From NCBI GenBank assembly GCA_965262775.1, contig CBDHFT010000006.1:323437-387436 (forward strand): DNA of 64,000 nucleotides, in the 5' to 3' direction. The stretch comes from Alphaproteobacteria bacterium. Its GTDB lineage: Bacteria > Pseudomonadota > Alphaproteobacteria > JASGCL01. The notes beneath the pieces were generated by a model. That model had not been told where the DNA came from and ran no database searches. It worked only from the letters and a program-made list of their open reading frames with translations. The translations under genes and the position numbers were made by a program. Shown in pieces: positions 21,099 to 30,333 of this stretch. The first letter of the stretch is position 1; each line of letters starts with the position of its first letter.

Positions 21099-21677
21099 TT
21101 ATTGATAGGGGTTTTTGATACCAAGGTTGGACAGCAATAGAATTTCTAAACGCTCCATCTTCTCAGCGGCTGATTTTTTATCATGATTAAAATCGAGGAG
21201 GTGTAGCAAACCATGTATCCCAAGATGCACCAGGTGGTGGCGAAAATCTTTGTTGGCTTCCCGTGCTTCTTCCTTGATAATACCATAACCCAGGGCGATG
21301 GAGCCCAAAAAAGCGCGGTGGGTGGGTTTGGGCAAGCCATGATTGCCCGCGCCAAGATTTGCCCCGTAGTTAGCCCCATGCTTCGCGCCAAGATTTGCCC
21401 CAGCGCGCGAGTCATGATGGGGAAAGGATAAAACATTGGTTGCCATGTCTTGTTGTAAAAAATCTTTTTTTAATTGTCGCATATGGTTGTCATGGGTGAA
21501 GAGAATTTCAAGCGAAGCGGTGCGGGGTGCGCCAGGAATAGTTTTGTAAATTTTTTTACATTGCTTGATTAAAAAATTCATGTCGGCCCTATCCCAATCC
21601 GCCGTGTCCTGCAGGGCGGTTATGCGCAAGGGGGTGAAGTTAAAAAACATTGTATGGATCCTATTGTCCTTTTCCAT
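21099..21677 (-). CDS. ybeY: rRNA maturation endoribonuclease YbeY, with an internal ~37-aa repeat-derived insertion
   Basis: H..HG.LHLLG(Y/F)DH zinc motif present as HLVHLGIHGLLHLLDFNHD. At 192 aa versus roughly 155 typical, because of a GANLGAKHGANYGANLGAG insert encoded by a 36-bp tandem repeat. Confidence 0.85.
   Translation of the reverse strand: MEKDNRIHTMFFNFTPLRITALQDTADWDRADMNFLIKQCKKIYKTIPGAPRTASLEILFTHDNHMRQLKKDFLQQDMATNVLSFPHHDSRAGANLGAKHGANYGANLGAGNHGLPKPTHRAFLGSIALGYGIIKEEAREANKDFRHHLVHLGIHGLLHLLDFNHDKKSAAEKMERLEILLLSNLGIKNPYQ
21349..21420. repeat. imperfect 36-bp tandem duplication inside ybeY (CGCGCCAAGATTTGCCCC core at 21348-21365 and again at 21384-21401)
   Basis: Direct repeat read from the sequence; it encodes the Gly/Ala/Asn-rich insertion in YbeY. 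Confidence 0.7.
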
Positions 21678-21681
21678 TATC

Positions 21682-22695
21682 CTATGTGGGGTTAGAATCG
21701 TTTGCTTTTTTTGTCAAAAATTCTTTACGCGGTTTTGGGCCTTTTGTTTCTGAATCCACATTATAGGCGGCGATAATTTTTTTTACCAGGCCATGGCGTT
21801 GAACGTCGCTGGTGTCGAATTCTACCATGCCAACTTCTGGAAAGGTTGCTAGTTTTTTTATGGCATCTTGTAGGCCTGATTGATCTTTATGGCTTAGGTC
21901 GGTTTGCGACCCATCGCCCGTTATTACCATTTTGCTACGCTCGCCCAAACGGGTTAAAAACATTTTCATTTGCATTGTTTTGGTGTTTTGAGCCTCATCA
22001 AGTAAAATAAAGGCGCGTTTTAATGTTCGCCCGCGCATGTAGGCCAGGGGCGCAATTTCTATCTGCCCCGATTCTTTTAATTTTTTCACTTGGTCGGTTC
22101 CCAATATTTCACCTACCGCATCGTCAATTGGTCGCAGGTAAGGATCAATTTTTTCTGTCAAATCGCCAGGCAAAAAGCCAAGGCTTTCCCCAGCCTCGAC
22201 CACGGGACGGGTGATAATCATTTTCTCCACCGCGCCCGATAAAACCAACGACAAACCATAGGCCACCGCGAGATAGGTTTTACCGCTACCCGCCGCGCCA
22301 ATGCCAAATGTTAAATCTTTTGCCTGCATGGTGGCGATGAATTTTTGTTGGTTAGCGGTGCGCAGTTGGATGCGTTTATGTTTTACCACCAGGGTCGCCA
22401 ACGGGTCGCCCGAATCGTCGGGCGGGGTATCCATCATGGCATATTGCTGGTTGTTGATAATCCGCTCCATGGTTGAATCGATATCCTCGGCCAATATACG
22501 TTGTTCGTAAATGGTGCGCAAAATTTTTTCCGCCAGGACGATATTTTTTTTATCGCCTGACAATTTTAATATATTGCCACGGTCGCTAATATCAATCGCC
22601 AGCAACCTTTCTAACGCTGAGAGGTTTTTTCTTCCCACGCCATAAAGTTCTGGCAGGCGACGGTTGTCGTTAAATTCTAAAAGTCTTTGCTCCAT
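21682..22695 (-). CDS. phoH: PhoH-like ATPase (YbeZ)
   Basis: P-loop GIGAAGSGKTYLAVA and a PhoH family core; sits in the ybeZ-ybeY-ybeX arrangement. Confidence 0.88.
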   Translation of the reverse strand: MEQRLLEFNDNRRLPELYGVGRKNLSALERLLAIDISDRGNILKLSGDKKNIVLAEKILRTIYEQRILAEDIDSTMERIINNQQYAMMDTPPDDSGDPLATLVVKHKRIQLRTANQQKFIATMQAKDLTFGIGAAGSGKTYLAVAYGLSLVLSGAVEKMIITRPVVEAGESLGFLPGDLTEKIDPYLRPIDDAVGEILGTDQVKKLKESGQIEIAPLAYMRGRTLKRAFILLDEAQNTKTMQMKMFLTRLGERSKMVITGDGSQTDLSHKDQSGLQDAIKKLATFPEVGMVEFDTSDVQRHGLVKKIIAAYNVDSETKGPKPRKEFLTKKANDSNPT

Positions 22696-22709
22696 TTTTT
22701 ATTATTTTA

Positions 22710-24200
22710 TTAACCTATTATATTCTGTTCGTCGGGTTGTTGATAGGATGTATATGGCTGCGGCGCGCTACCCATGACACTTGGCGCGGCGTGATGAGCC
22801 AGCCGCCCAAACAGGCTATGTTTTTCGGTGTGGGTGATGGTTATTTTTTCTAACTTACCGATGAGGCTGGTTGAGGCTTCGCCCGCCAAATGACCATCTA
22901 TGTTGCCAGATTCATTGCTGGGTGCCATAAAATGAACAGGCTGGAGCCAGGGGGAACGCCCCATCAATTGCCCAGCTTTGTGGGTGGTTTTTTCCACCAA
23001 CACATCGATGGTTTTGCCAACCGTGGCGCGGTTAAATTTTTCTTCTTGCTGATTAAGCAGGGCCTGCAGACGTTGCAAACGGCTTGATTTGATATCGTCA
23101 GGCACCTGGGCCATGGTGGCGGCGGGCGTGCCGAGGCGTGGTGAATAGCAAAAAGAATAACAGGCGCTGTAGCCAATTTTTTCCACCGCCGACAAGGTCA
23201 TAGCAAAATCTTCTTCTTCCTCGCCAGGGAAGCCAACGATAAAATCCGAAGACAGGGCAATATCGGGGCAGGCGGATTTTATTTTATCAATGACTGTCAT
23301 ATAATCTTGAAGACTATGGCCACGGTTCATCGCCTTTAATATTTTATCGCTACCACTTTGTAGGGGGAGATGCAGGAAGGGCTGTAATTTCTTATTGCGA
23401 ACATGTTCCATTATCAATTCATCGTGCATGTCTAATAGATGCGATGTCACATAACGAATCCTTAATAATCCATCGATGTTTGATAATTCGGCTAGCAATT
23501 GCGCCAAGTTCCACGTTTTGCCCTGTGGCCCCAAACCATGCCAGCCATTGACATTTTGACCGAGCAGGGTAATTTCGCGCGCGCCCGCCGCCACCAATTT
23601 TTTTGCTTCGCGTTCAATATCGACATAGGGGCGCGAGAATTCGGCACCACGGGTGTAGGGCACAACGCAAAAACTACAAAACTTATCGCAACCTTCCTGG
23701 ATGGCTAAAAATTGCGAGACAGCCATGTTGGTTGGATTGGTTATCAATTCTTCTTGCAAATAATCAAATTTGCTTTCCACGGGGAATTCAATGTCGGCGA
23801 TGCGTTTTTTTAATGTTTGGCGGCGCGTCAACAATTCGGGAAGGCGGTGATAATTTTGCGTGCCAACCACAATATCTATCCTGGGTTTTTGTTTTTGCAT
23901 TTCTATCCCCATGCTCTGCGCGGTGCAACCCGCCAGGGTTAAGACGCAATCTTTTTTCATCAAACGTTCCAACCGCCCAATGTCAGATAAAACCTTGCTG
24001 TCGGCTTTTTCACGAATATGACAAGTATTAAGAATAACCATGTCGGCTTCTTCCACTTGGTTGGTTTCAGAAAAACCCATGGGTGCCAACTGCATTTTCA
24101 TGCGGTCGGCGTCGTAGACATTCATCTGACAGCCGTAGCTTTTGATAAATAATTTTTTATCGGTTGTGGGGGGATTGATGTTATCCAAAGGGTTGGACAT
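22710..24200 (-). CDS. miaB: tRNA-i6A37 methylthiotransferase MiaB
   Basis: UPF0004 N-terminal domain with its three cysteines, radical-SAM CxxxCxxC (CDKFCSFCVVP), and a TRAM domain. A C-terminal ~30-aa extension is present. Confidence 0.88.
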   Translation of the reverse strand: MSNPLDNINPPTTDKKLFIKSYGCQMNVYDADRMKMQLAPMGFSETNQVEEADMVILNTCHIREKADSKVLSDIGRLERLMKKDCVLTLAGCTAQSMGIEMQKQKPRIDIVVGTQNYHRLPELLTRRQTLKKRIADIEFPVESKFDYLQEELITNPTNMAVSQFLAIQEGCDKFCSFCVVPYTRGAEFSRPYVDIEREAKKLVAAGAREITLLGQNVNGWHGLGPQGKTWNLAQLLAELSNIDGLLRIRYVTSHLLDMHDELIMEHVRNKKLQPFLHLPLQSGSDKILKAMNRGHSLQDYMTVIDKIKSACPDIALSSDFIVGFPGEEEEDFAMTLSAVEKIGYSACYSFCYSPRLGTPAATMAQVPDDIKSSRLQRLQALLNQQEEKFNRATVGKTIDVLVEKTTHKAGQLMGRSPWLQPVHFMAPSNESGNIDGHLAGEASTSLIGKLEKITITHTEKHSLFGRLAHHAAPSVMGSAPQPYTSYQQPDEQNIIG

Positions 24201-24395
24201 GATTAGACAGAACGAAGGGCAGTGGCCATAAAATAAAAATAACTTTACAATATAATATTGGAATCATACTATAATGACAAAATGGTTAAAATGCAATCAG
24301 ATTGCAACTGCCCCGATGTTGTGATAGGGTTATGTGGTATAAAAATATATTATATTTTGATACCCTATTTTTGATTCCACATTTTTGATTTTCTC

Positions 24396-25304
24396 ATGGC
24401 AAGCGATATAAAGAAAAATCATTGGCTATTTGCGGCCACCCCCACACCCTGGCACGATTATATTTTGCTGTTACGGCTCGACAGGCCTATCGGCACTTGG
24501 TTGCTGTTGTTGCCTTGCTTTTGGGGCTTGGCGATATACCATGACAAAATGTCGGCAGAAGATTTTTTATATTACCTCATTATTTTTACCGTGGGTGCCT
24601 TCGCGCTGCGCTCGGCGGGTTGCGTTTGGAACGATATATTGGACCGTGAATTTGATAAAAAGGTCGCCCGCACCCGCCAACGCCCCCTTGCCAGTGGTCG
24701 TATAAGTTTGGACAGGGCCTTGTGGGTGTTGGCTATATTGTTGTCCATCGGATTTTTTATTCTGGTGGCGCTTAATAACCACCCCGCCCAGGTTGTGGCT
24801 TTGCTGTCGCTTGCTTTGGTGGTGCCCTATCCTTTGATGAAGCGTTTGTTTCCGTTGCCGCAATTGTGGTTGGGCTTTACTTTTAACATTGGGGTTTTGG
24901 TGGCGGGAGTCATAGCCGCCGATGATTATTTTGACATAGGCCTGTGGTGGCTTTATGCCATAGGTATTTTATGGACCATGGCCTACGACACTATCTATGC
25001 TCTGCAAGATAAAGATGATGATGAGCTGTTGGGGTTAAAATCTTCGGCCTTGTTTTTTGGTAAGGAAGTTAAAAAAATAGTCGGTGTGTTTTACCTGTTG
25101 ATGGCTTTGGCCTTGGTGGGTTTGGTATATTATTTGGACGGCACCAACCCGCTGGTTGGTTATGGTCTTTGCGCGGTGACCATGTTGGTGATGTGGAATA
25201 ATTATCAAAAAATTAACCCAAAAAAATCCGCTGTTAATTTGCAAGTTTTTCGCCGTCAGTGGATAGTGGGATTCTTAATATTGCTGGTGCTTTATTATGC
25301 TTAA
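24396..25304 (+). CDS. ubiA: 4-hydroxybenzoate polyprenyltransferase
   Basis: UbiA prenyltransferase motif NDILDREFD plus a second Asp-rich motif; multi-TM, 302 aa. Confidence 0.88.
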   Translation: MASDIKKNHWLFAATPTPWHDYILLLRLDRPIGTWLLLLPCFWGLAIYHDKMSAEDFLYYLIIFTVGAFALRSAGCVWNDILDREFDKKVARTRQRPLASGRISLDRALWVLAILLSIGFFILVALNNHPAQVVALLSLALVVPYPLMKRLFPLPQLWLGFTFNIGVLVAGVIAADDYFDIGLWWLYAIGILWTMAYDTIYALQDKDDDELLGLKSSALFFGKEVKKIVGVFYLLMALALVGLVYYLDGTNPLVGYGLCAVTMLVMWNNYQKINPKKSAVNLQVFRRQWIVGFLILLVLYYA

Positions 25305-25333
25305 AAAATGATTGATGATATTGTTTAGCAAGC

Positions 25334-26185
25334 ATGCCGCGTCAAGAATTTTCTGATAAATTTTACCAAGGGGATTATTGGTTGGCCCCATCCATCGCCC
25401 AGCGCGATGATTTAACAACCCCGGTGCAGGTGATGGATGAAAACGGCGGCAAATTAATGCACCCCGCGATTCGCGAAAAACCCCTGACGATATTTTTAAA
25501 TAGCCAAGAAATTGTTACCGCCATGACGATAGGCGACCACCCCAATTATTTGGCGATAGGATTCCTGGTTAATCAAAAAATGCTAACCAAGGATGACGAA
25601 ATAACCAGCGTGGATGTTGACGAGGATTTGGGTGTGGTGGTGGTGCGCACCAAACAGCCCACGCATTTTGAAGTGAAAAGCAAAAAGAAAATAGTAACGT
25701 CGGGTTGCGGGCAGGGCACGGTGTTTGGCGATATCATGGATGAGGTTGATAGAAAAAAAATTGATAGCACGACCACCATCACCACCACGGCGTTGCAAAC
25801 CTTGCTCAAGCGTATTTCCCTAACCCCCAGTTTGTATTTGATAGCAGGGGCGATTCATGGCTGTGCCCTTGCCATAGGGGACGAACCAAAAATATATATC
25901 GAAGATGTGGGTCGCCATAATGCGGTTGATAAAATTGCAGGCTACATGTGGCAACATGATATTCCAGGCCATGACAAAATTTTTTATACGACAGGGCGTT
26001 TGACATCGGAAATGGTTATCAAATGTTTGCTGATGGAAATTCCGATATTGGTATCGCGCAATGGGTTTACATTGTATGGTGCGCAATTGGCGCAAAAAGC
26101 CAACATGACAATGGTGGCGCGTGCGCGCGGCGGGCGATTCATGGTGGTGGCGGGCGGCGAGCGAATATTGTTTGATAAAAAGTAA
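25334..26185 (+). CDS. fdhD: FdhD/NarQ family sulfurtransferase (formate dehydrogenase accessory protein)
   Basis: Signature EDVGRHNAVDKIAG and a conserved SGCGQG cysteine loop. Confidence 0.85.
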   Translation: MPRQEFSDKFYQGDYWLAPSIAQRDDLTTPVQVMDENGGKLMHPAIREKPLTIFLNSQEIVTAMTIGDHPNYLAIGFLVNQKMLTKDDEITSVDVDEDLGVVVVRTKQPTHFEVKSKKKIVTSGCGQGTVFGDIMDEVDRKKIDSTTTITTTALQTLLKRISLTPSLYLIAGAIHGCALAIGDEPKIYIEDVGRHNAVDKIAGYMWQHDIPGHDKIFYTTGRLTSEMVIKCLLMEIPILVSRNGFTLYGAQLAQKANMTMVARARGGRFMVVAGGERILFDKK

Positions 26186-26226
26186 AAAATTTGCGATGAT
26201 GAAAAACAGATTGAGGAGAAATAAAA

Positions 26227-26967
26227 ATGGTTAACGAAGAAGAAAAAGTGGATTTTGGTTTTGAAAAAATTGGGCAGAGCGAGAAAACGGGTCGGGTACG
26301 TGGTTTGTTTGGCAATGTTGCAAAAAAATACGACTTGATGAATGATGTGATGAGTTTAGGACTTCACCGTTTATGGAAAGAATCATTGGTATCGCAAATC
26401 CCCAAAGAGGGGCATTTGCTTGATGTGGCTGGCGGCACGGGTGATATTGCTATTCGTTATTTAAAACATGGCGGCGAACGGGCCACGGTGATTGACCTGA
26501 CCGAGGAAATGGTAAAACGCGGCAGGGAAAATGCCGATAGGCGCGGCCTGATGCGCAATCTTGATTTTATGGTGGGCAATGTTGAAAACCTGCCCTTTGC
26601 CGATGAAACCTTTGACGTCGTCACCATTTCATTTGGCTTGCGCAATGTTACCAACAAGGAAAAAGCATTAAAAGAAATGCGCCGCGTGTTGCGCCCTGGC
26701 GGAAAATTCCTGTGTTTAGAATTTTCGAAGGTTGTGGTGCCAGGGGTTGACAAGATTTATGAACAATATAACTTTCGTATATTGCCCTTGCTTGGCAAGT
26801 ATATTGCAAACAGCGAGTCTTCCTATCGCTACTTAGCGGAAAGCATAAAAATGTTTTATACCCAAGAAGAATTGGCAGAAAAAATGAGGCTTTGCGGTTT
26901 TGAAAAAGTAGGCTATGAAAATTTAACGGGCGGCGTGGTTGCAATTCATCGTGGCTATGCTCTATAA
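26227..26967 (+). CDS. ubiE: ubiquinone/menaquinone biosynthesis C-methyltransferase
   Basis: SAM motifs LDVAGGTGD and FDVVTISFGLRNV...LRPGGKFLCLEFS; 246 aa. Confidence 0.9.
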   Translation: MVNEEEKVDFGFEKIGQSEKTGRVRGLFGNVAKKYDLMNDVMSLGLHRLWKESLVSQIPKEGHLLDVAGGTGDIAIRYLKHGGERATVIDLTEEMVKRGRENADRRGLMRNLDFMVGNVENLPFADETFDVVTISFGLRNVTNKEKALKEMRRVLRPGGKFLCLEFSKVVVPGVDKIYEQYNFRILPLLGKYIANSESSYRYLAESIKMFYTQEELAEKMRLCGFEKVGYENLTGGVVAIHRGYAL

Positions 26968-26996
26968 AAAATAATACATGTAAGGAGATAAAAACC

Positions 26997-27542
26997 ATGG
27001 CAAAAGATTACACACAATTGATGAATGCACCCTATGCTATTTTAACCCAATTCCAAAAAGATTTTTCTTTTGAGAATCCTGGAATCATGAGTTTTTTGGT
27101 GGGCGGCGTTAAGGAAGAACCCCAACATAATATGGATTGGACGTTAAGTTTTAACAAATTGCAAGAGAGCGATTACGAAGTGGTGATGAAAATGACATTA
27201 ACCGCGCGCGCCAAGGAAGAAACTTTGTATGTTGTGGAAGCCGAATATGGCGCGATTGTTCGCGTTAACCCCAAAAATGAAAACATGACCAACCCGATAT
27301 TATCGGCGGAGGTTCCCTCGCACCTCTACCCATTTGTGCGTGCGATTATTGCCAAGGCGGTTTCTGATGGTGGTTATCCGCCCTTGTTGTTGCCCGCGAT
27401 AGATTTCCACGGACATTTTGTGCAAAAAATGCAGGAATTAGAAAAAGAACAGGCAACGGGCGAGCAAGGTAATGCCAAGGCTGGCGATGCCAATGATAAT
27501 AAAAATACGTCCGCCAAGAAAAAAGACAAAAAGTTAAATTAA
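26997..27542 (+). CDS. secB: protein-export chaperone SecB with an acidic/Lys-rich C-terminal tail
   Basis: Matches the SecB core pattern (FSFENP..., LYPFVRAIIAKAVSDGGYPPLLLPAIDF); 181 aa. Confidence 0.8.
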   Translation: MAKDYTQLMNAPYAILTQFQKDFSFENPGIMSFLVGGVKEEPQHNMDWTLSFNKLQESDYEVVMKMTLTARAKEETLYVVEAEYGAIVRVNPKNENMTNPILSAEVPSHLYPFVRAIIAKAVSDGGYPPLLLPAIDFHGHFVQKMQELEKEQATGEQGNAKAGDANDNKNTSAKKKDKKLN

Positions 27543-27554
27543 TACTTACATCGA

Positions 27555-27598
27555 CAAGAAAAACGGCGGGCAAAAATGATTTTTCTTGCCATTTTTTC
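27555..27598 (+). terminator. putative rho-independent terminator after secB
   Basis: Inverted repeat CAAGAAAAA (27555-27563) / TTTTTCTTG (27580-27588), followed by CCATTTTTTC. Confidence 0.4.
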
Positions 27599-27652
27599 AA
27601 AATAGTTTTAGGGGAATGGGTGTCTCGCTCCATCTTGGAAAAGATTTATCTT

Positions 27653-27727
27653 GTGCGCGTAGCTCAGCGGTAGAGCACCTGACTTTTAATCAGGGGGTCG
27701 AGGGTTCGAACCCCTCCGCGCATACCA
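27653..27727 (+). tRNA. tRNA-Lys(UUU)
   Basis: Cloverleaf: acceptor GTGCGCG/CGCGCAT, D arm GCTC..GAGC, anticodon loop CTTTTAA, T loop TTCGAAC, and CCA encoded. Confidence 0.9.
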
Positions 27728-27785
27728 TACCTTATGTATGGTGATTGGAATATTAACTGCTTTAGCCAAGCAAGTAATATAAAAT

Positions 27786-28436
27786 TTAGTGATGGATGAG
27801 GACAGGCACCAAGGACGAGACCAAGAGAATCGCCATAGCCCAATTAAAATATTTTTGCCGCTGACCATGGCGGAGGAAGCGCGATAGCGATGCGCCCATC
27901 ACCACCCATAAACTGCAATGAAGCACGGTAACCAGGGCGTCAATAAAAATAACGAATATCACCACTTGCCAAATATAATGAGGGGGGAGGTAAGTAGCAA
28001 AGAAGCCAATCGCCATCATCACGCCCTTGGGGTTAATGAATTGAAAAGCGGCTGCTTGAAAAAATCGTAATGGGCGCGCCCCCGATTTGGATGTTTTTAT
28101 ATTTTTCTTGGTTTGTTGGGGTGATGTTTTTTCAAGGTTGGTGGTGGTGGTGGCGATTTTATAGGCCAAATAAAGCAAATAAACTATCCCCGTATATTTT
28201 AAGATGTCATATAACAAAGGATAGGCATCAAATATTTTAAGCAAACCAAATCCTACGCTTAGCAACAAAATGGCAAAACCAAACATGATACCCAAGATAT
28301 GGGGCAGGGTGCGACGAAAGCCAAAATTGGCACCCGACGCCATCAGCATCATGTTGTTGGGGCCAGGCGACAGGGATGACGCCATCATATAAAGAAATAA
28401 CGACAGCCATGCGCTGTAATCAATGTTCCATAACAT
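27786..28436 (-). CDS. LysE/RhtB family amino-acid exporter
   Basis: 216-aa protein with 6 TM segments and an N-terminal LSPGPNN motif typical of RhtB/LysE. Confidence 0.75.
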   Translation of the reverse strand: MLWNIDYSAWLSLFLYMMASSLSPGPNNMMLMASGANFGFRRTLPHILGIMFGFAILLLSVGFGLLKIFDAYPLLYDILKYTGIVYLLYLAYKIATTTTNLEKTSPQQTKKNIKTSKSGARPLRFFQAAAFQFINPKGVMMAIGFFATYLPPHYIWQVVIFVIFIDALVTVLHCSLWVVMGASLSRFLRHGQRQKYFNWAMAILLVSSLVPVLIHH

Positions 28437-28510
28437 GTATGTTGTTTAAGATAATTTGATATGATTGTTCAATAAAAAAAGAACAAAAAAAAAGAACAAA
28501 TATCTTGCGC

Positions 28511-29245
28511 TTAATCGCGCATTTCAGACCCGCCATTGATATGCAATGTCGCGCCCGTTACGTAACCTGCTTCGCGGCTGGCTAAAAACACCACGCCCGC
28601 TGCTACATCGTTGGGTTGGCCAATTTCGCCGCTGGGCACGCGTTCCAACAATTCGGCGCGTTGTTCCTCGGTCAATTTATCGGTCATTTCGGTTTTGACC
28701 AAACCTGGCGCAACGCAATTAACGGTGATGCCGCGCTTACCATATTCTTCGGCTAGGGTGCGGGTTAGGCCCGTCATCGCGGCTTTGGTGGCAACATAAT
28801 TGGCTTGCCCCGCATTGCCAGCGTGCCCCACGACCGATGTAATGGAAATAATACGACCAAATTTGCGCTTCATCATCGAACGGATCAAGCCGCGCATTAA
28901 GAAAAATCCCGCGGTTAAGTTAACTTGCAAAACATCGTCCCATTCTTCGTCCTTCATCAACACCGACAGGTTATCACGGTTAAGCCCCGCGTTGTTGACC
29001 AAAATATCGACGCCAATTTTATCGGATTCCTTAATCAATTTTTGCACATCGGCGCGATCTTTTAAATTGGCAACGATGATATGTGATTTGTTGGGTAATT
29101 TTTTTTGTAAGGCTTCTAATTTATCAACCCTTGTTCCGCTTAAAATAACTTCCGCGCCTTGCGTGCTCAATGCCGTGGCGATGGCGGTGCCGATGGAGCC
29201 TGACGCCCCTGTGACCAATGCTTTTAATCCCTTAAGTTCAAACAT
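28511..29245 (-). CDS. fabG: 3-oxoacyl-[acyl-carrier-protein] reductase
   Basis: SDR fold with TGASGSIG Rossmann motif, NAG, and YxxxK catalytic residues; 244 aa, downstream of fabD. Confidence 0.9.
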   Translation of the reverse strand: MFELKGLKALVTGASGSIGTAIATALSTQGAEVILSGTRVDKLEALQKKLPNKSHIIVANLKDRADVQKLIKESDKIGVDILVNNAGLNRDNLSVLMKDEEWDDVLQVNLTAGFFLMRGLIRSMMKRKFGRIISITSVVGHAGNAGQANYVATKAAMTGLTRTLAEEYGKRGITVNCVAPGLVKTEMTDKLTEEQRAELLERVPSGEIGQPNDVAAGVVFLASREAGYVTGATLHINGGSEMRD

Positions 29246-29302
29246 GTTTTTAAATCTTATATTCTTTATTGATAGTTTTTACATCAAATTTCTATATGCG
29301 CT

Positions 29303-30259
29303 TTATACTGGCTTTTGAAAAAATGCAAGTTGTTCTTTGATGTCGTTGACGTTGCCAATATTGATGGTTTGCGCGGTGGGGGCAATGCGTTTTACCAAAC
29401 CGCTCAGCACGCGGCCCGCGCCAACCTCCACAAAATGGGTGAAGCCATCCTGCGCCATGTTAAGAATAGTTTCGCGAAAGCGAACGGCACCACAAATTTG
29501 CGCCACCAGGTCGGATTTCATTTTTACATTATCGGTTTGCGCCATGGCGGTAACATTGTTGTAAACTGGCAGGCTCGGTTTGGCGAGCGTAACCTCGGCC
29601 AGGGCCTCCTTCATTTTTTCTTCGGCTGGCTTCATCAGTGGCGAATGGAACGGGGCCGATACGGGCAAGGGCACCGCACGTTTCAGTCCCTGGGCCTTGG
29701 CTAATTCGATTGCTTTTTCAACGCCTTCTTTTTTGCCAGAAATAACAACTTGCCCATCGGCATTATCATTGGCGCAGGCAACCACCGCGCCCTGCGCCAC
29801 GGCTTCGGCAATAATTTTTTCAACATCTTGCCAATTCATTCCCAACAACGCGGCCATGGCACCAACCCCTGGCGCGACCGCCGATTGCATGGCGGCGCCG
29901 CGAATTTTTAACAATTTGGCGGTGGTGGCAAGGGGCAGGGAATCCACCGCGGTAAGGGCGGAATATTCGCCAAGGCTGTGGCCCGCCACCGCGCTTGCCA
30001 TGGCGGATATTTTTTTGCCCGTTTCCTGTTCCAACACGCGTAATAATGCGATGGAGGTTACCATCAAGGCTGGTTGGGTAAATTCGGTCATGGTTAATTT
30101 TTCGGCGGGACCATTGAAGATGATGTCGCTCAAACCCATGTTGAGGGCGGAGTCAACCTCCATAAATATATCGCGAGCCAGGGGAAATTGGTCATGAAGG
30201 TCTTTGCCCATGCCCACGGTTTGCGAGCCCTGCCCAGGAAACAAAAAAGCAATTTTCAT
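29303..30259 (-). CDS. fabD: malonyl CoA-acyl carrier protein transacylase
   Basis: FPGQGSQ, GHSLGEYSAL active-site serine motif; 318 aa. Confidence 0.9.
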   Translation of the reverse strand: MKIAFLFPGQGSQTVGMGKDLHDQFPLARDIFMEVDSALNMGLSDIIFNGPAEKLTMTEFTQPALMVTSIALLRVLEQETGKKISAMASAVAGHSLGEYSALTAVDSLPLATTAKLLKIRGAAMQSAVAPGVGAMAALLGMNWQDVEKIIAEAVAQGAVVACANDNADGQVVISGKKEGVEKAIELAKAQGLKRAVPLPVSAPFHSPLMKPAEEKMKEALAEVTLAKPSLPVYNNVTAMAQTDNVKMKSDLVAQICGAVRFRETILNMAQDGFTHFVEVGAGRVLSGLVKRIAPTAQTINIGNVNDIKEQLAFFQKPV

Positions 30260-30333
30260 TATTTTGCTATAGCAATTTGTTGTTTTTTGGCAAGGGTTAT
30301 GATAACTATTTTTTCAAAGGGAAAAAAACCAAA

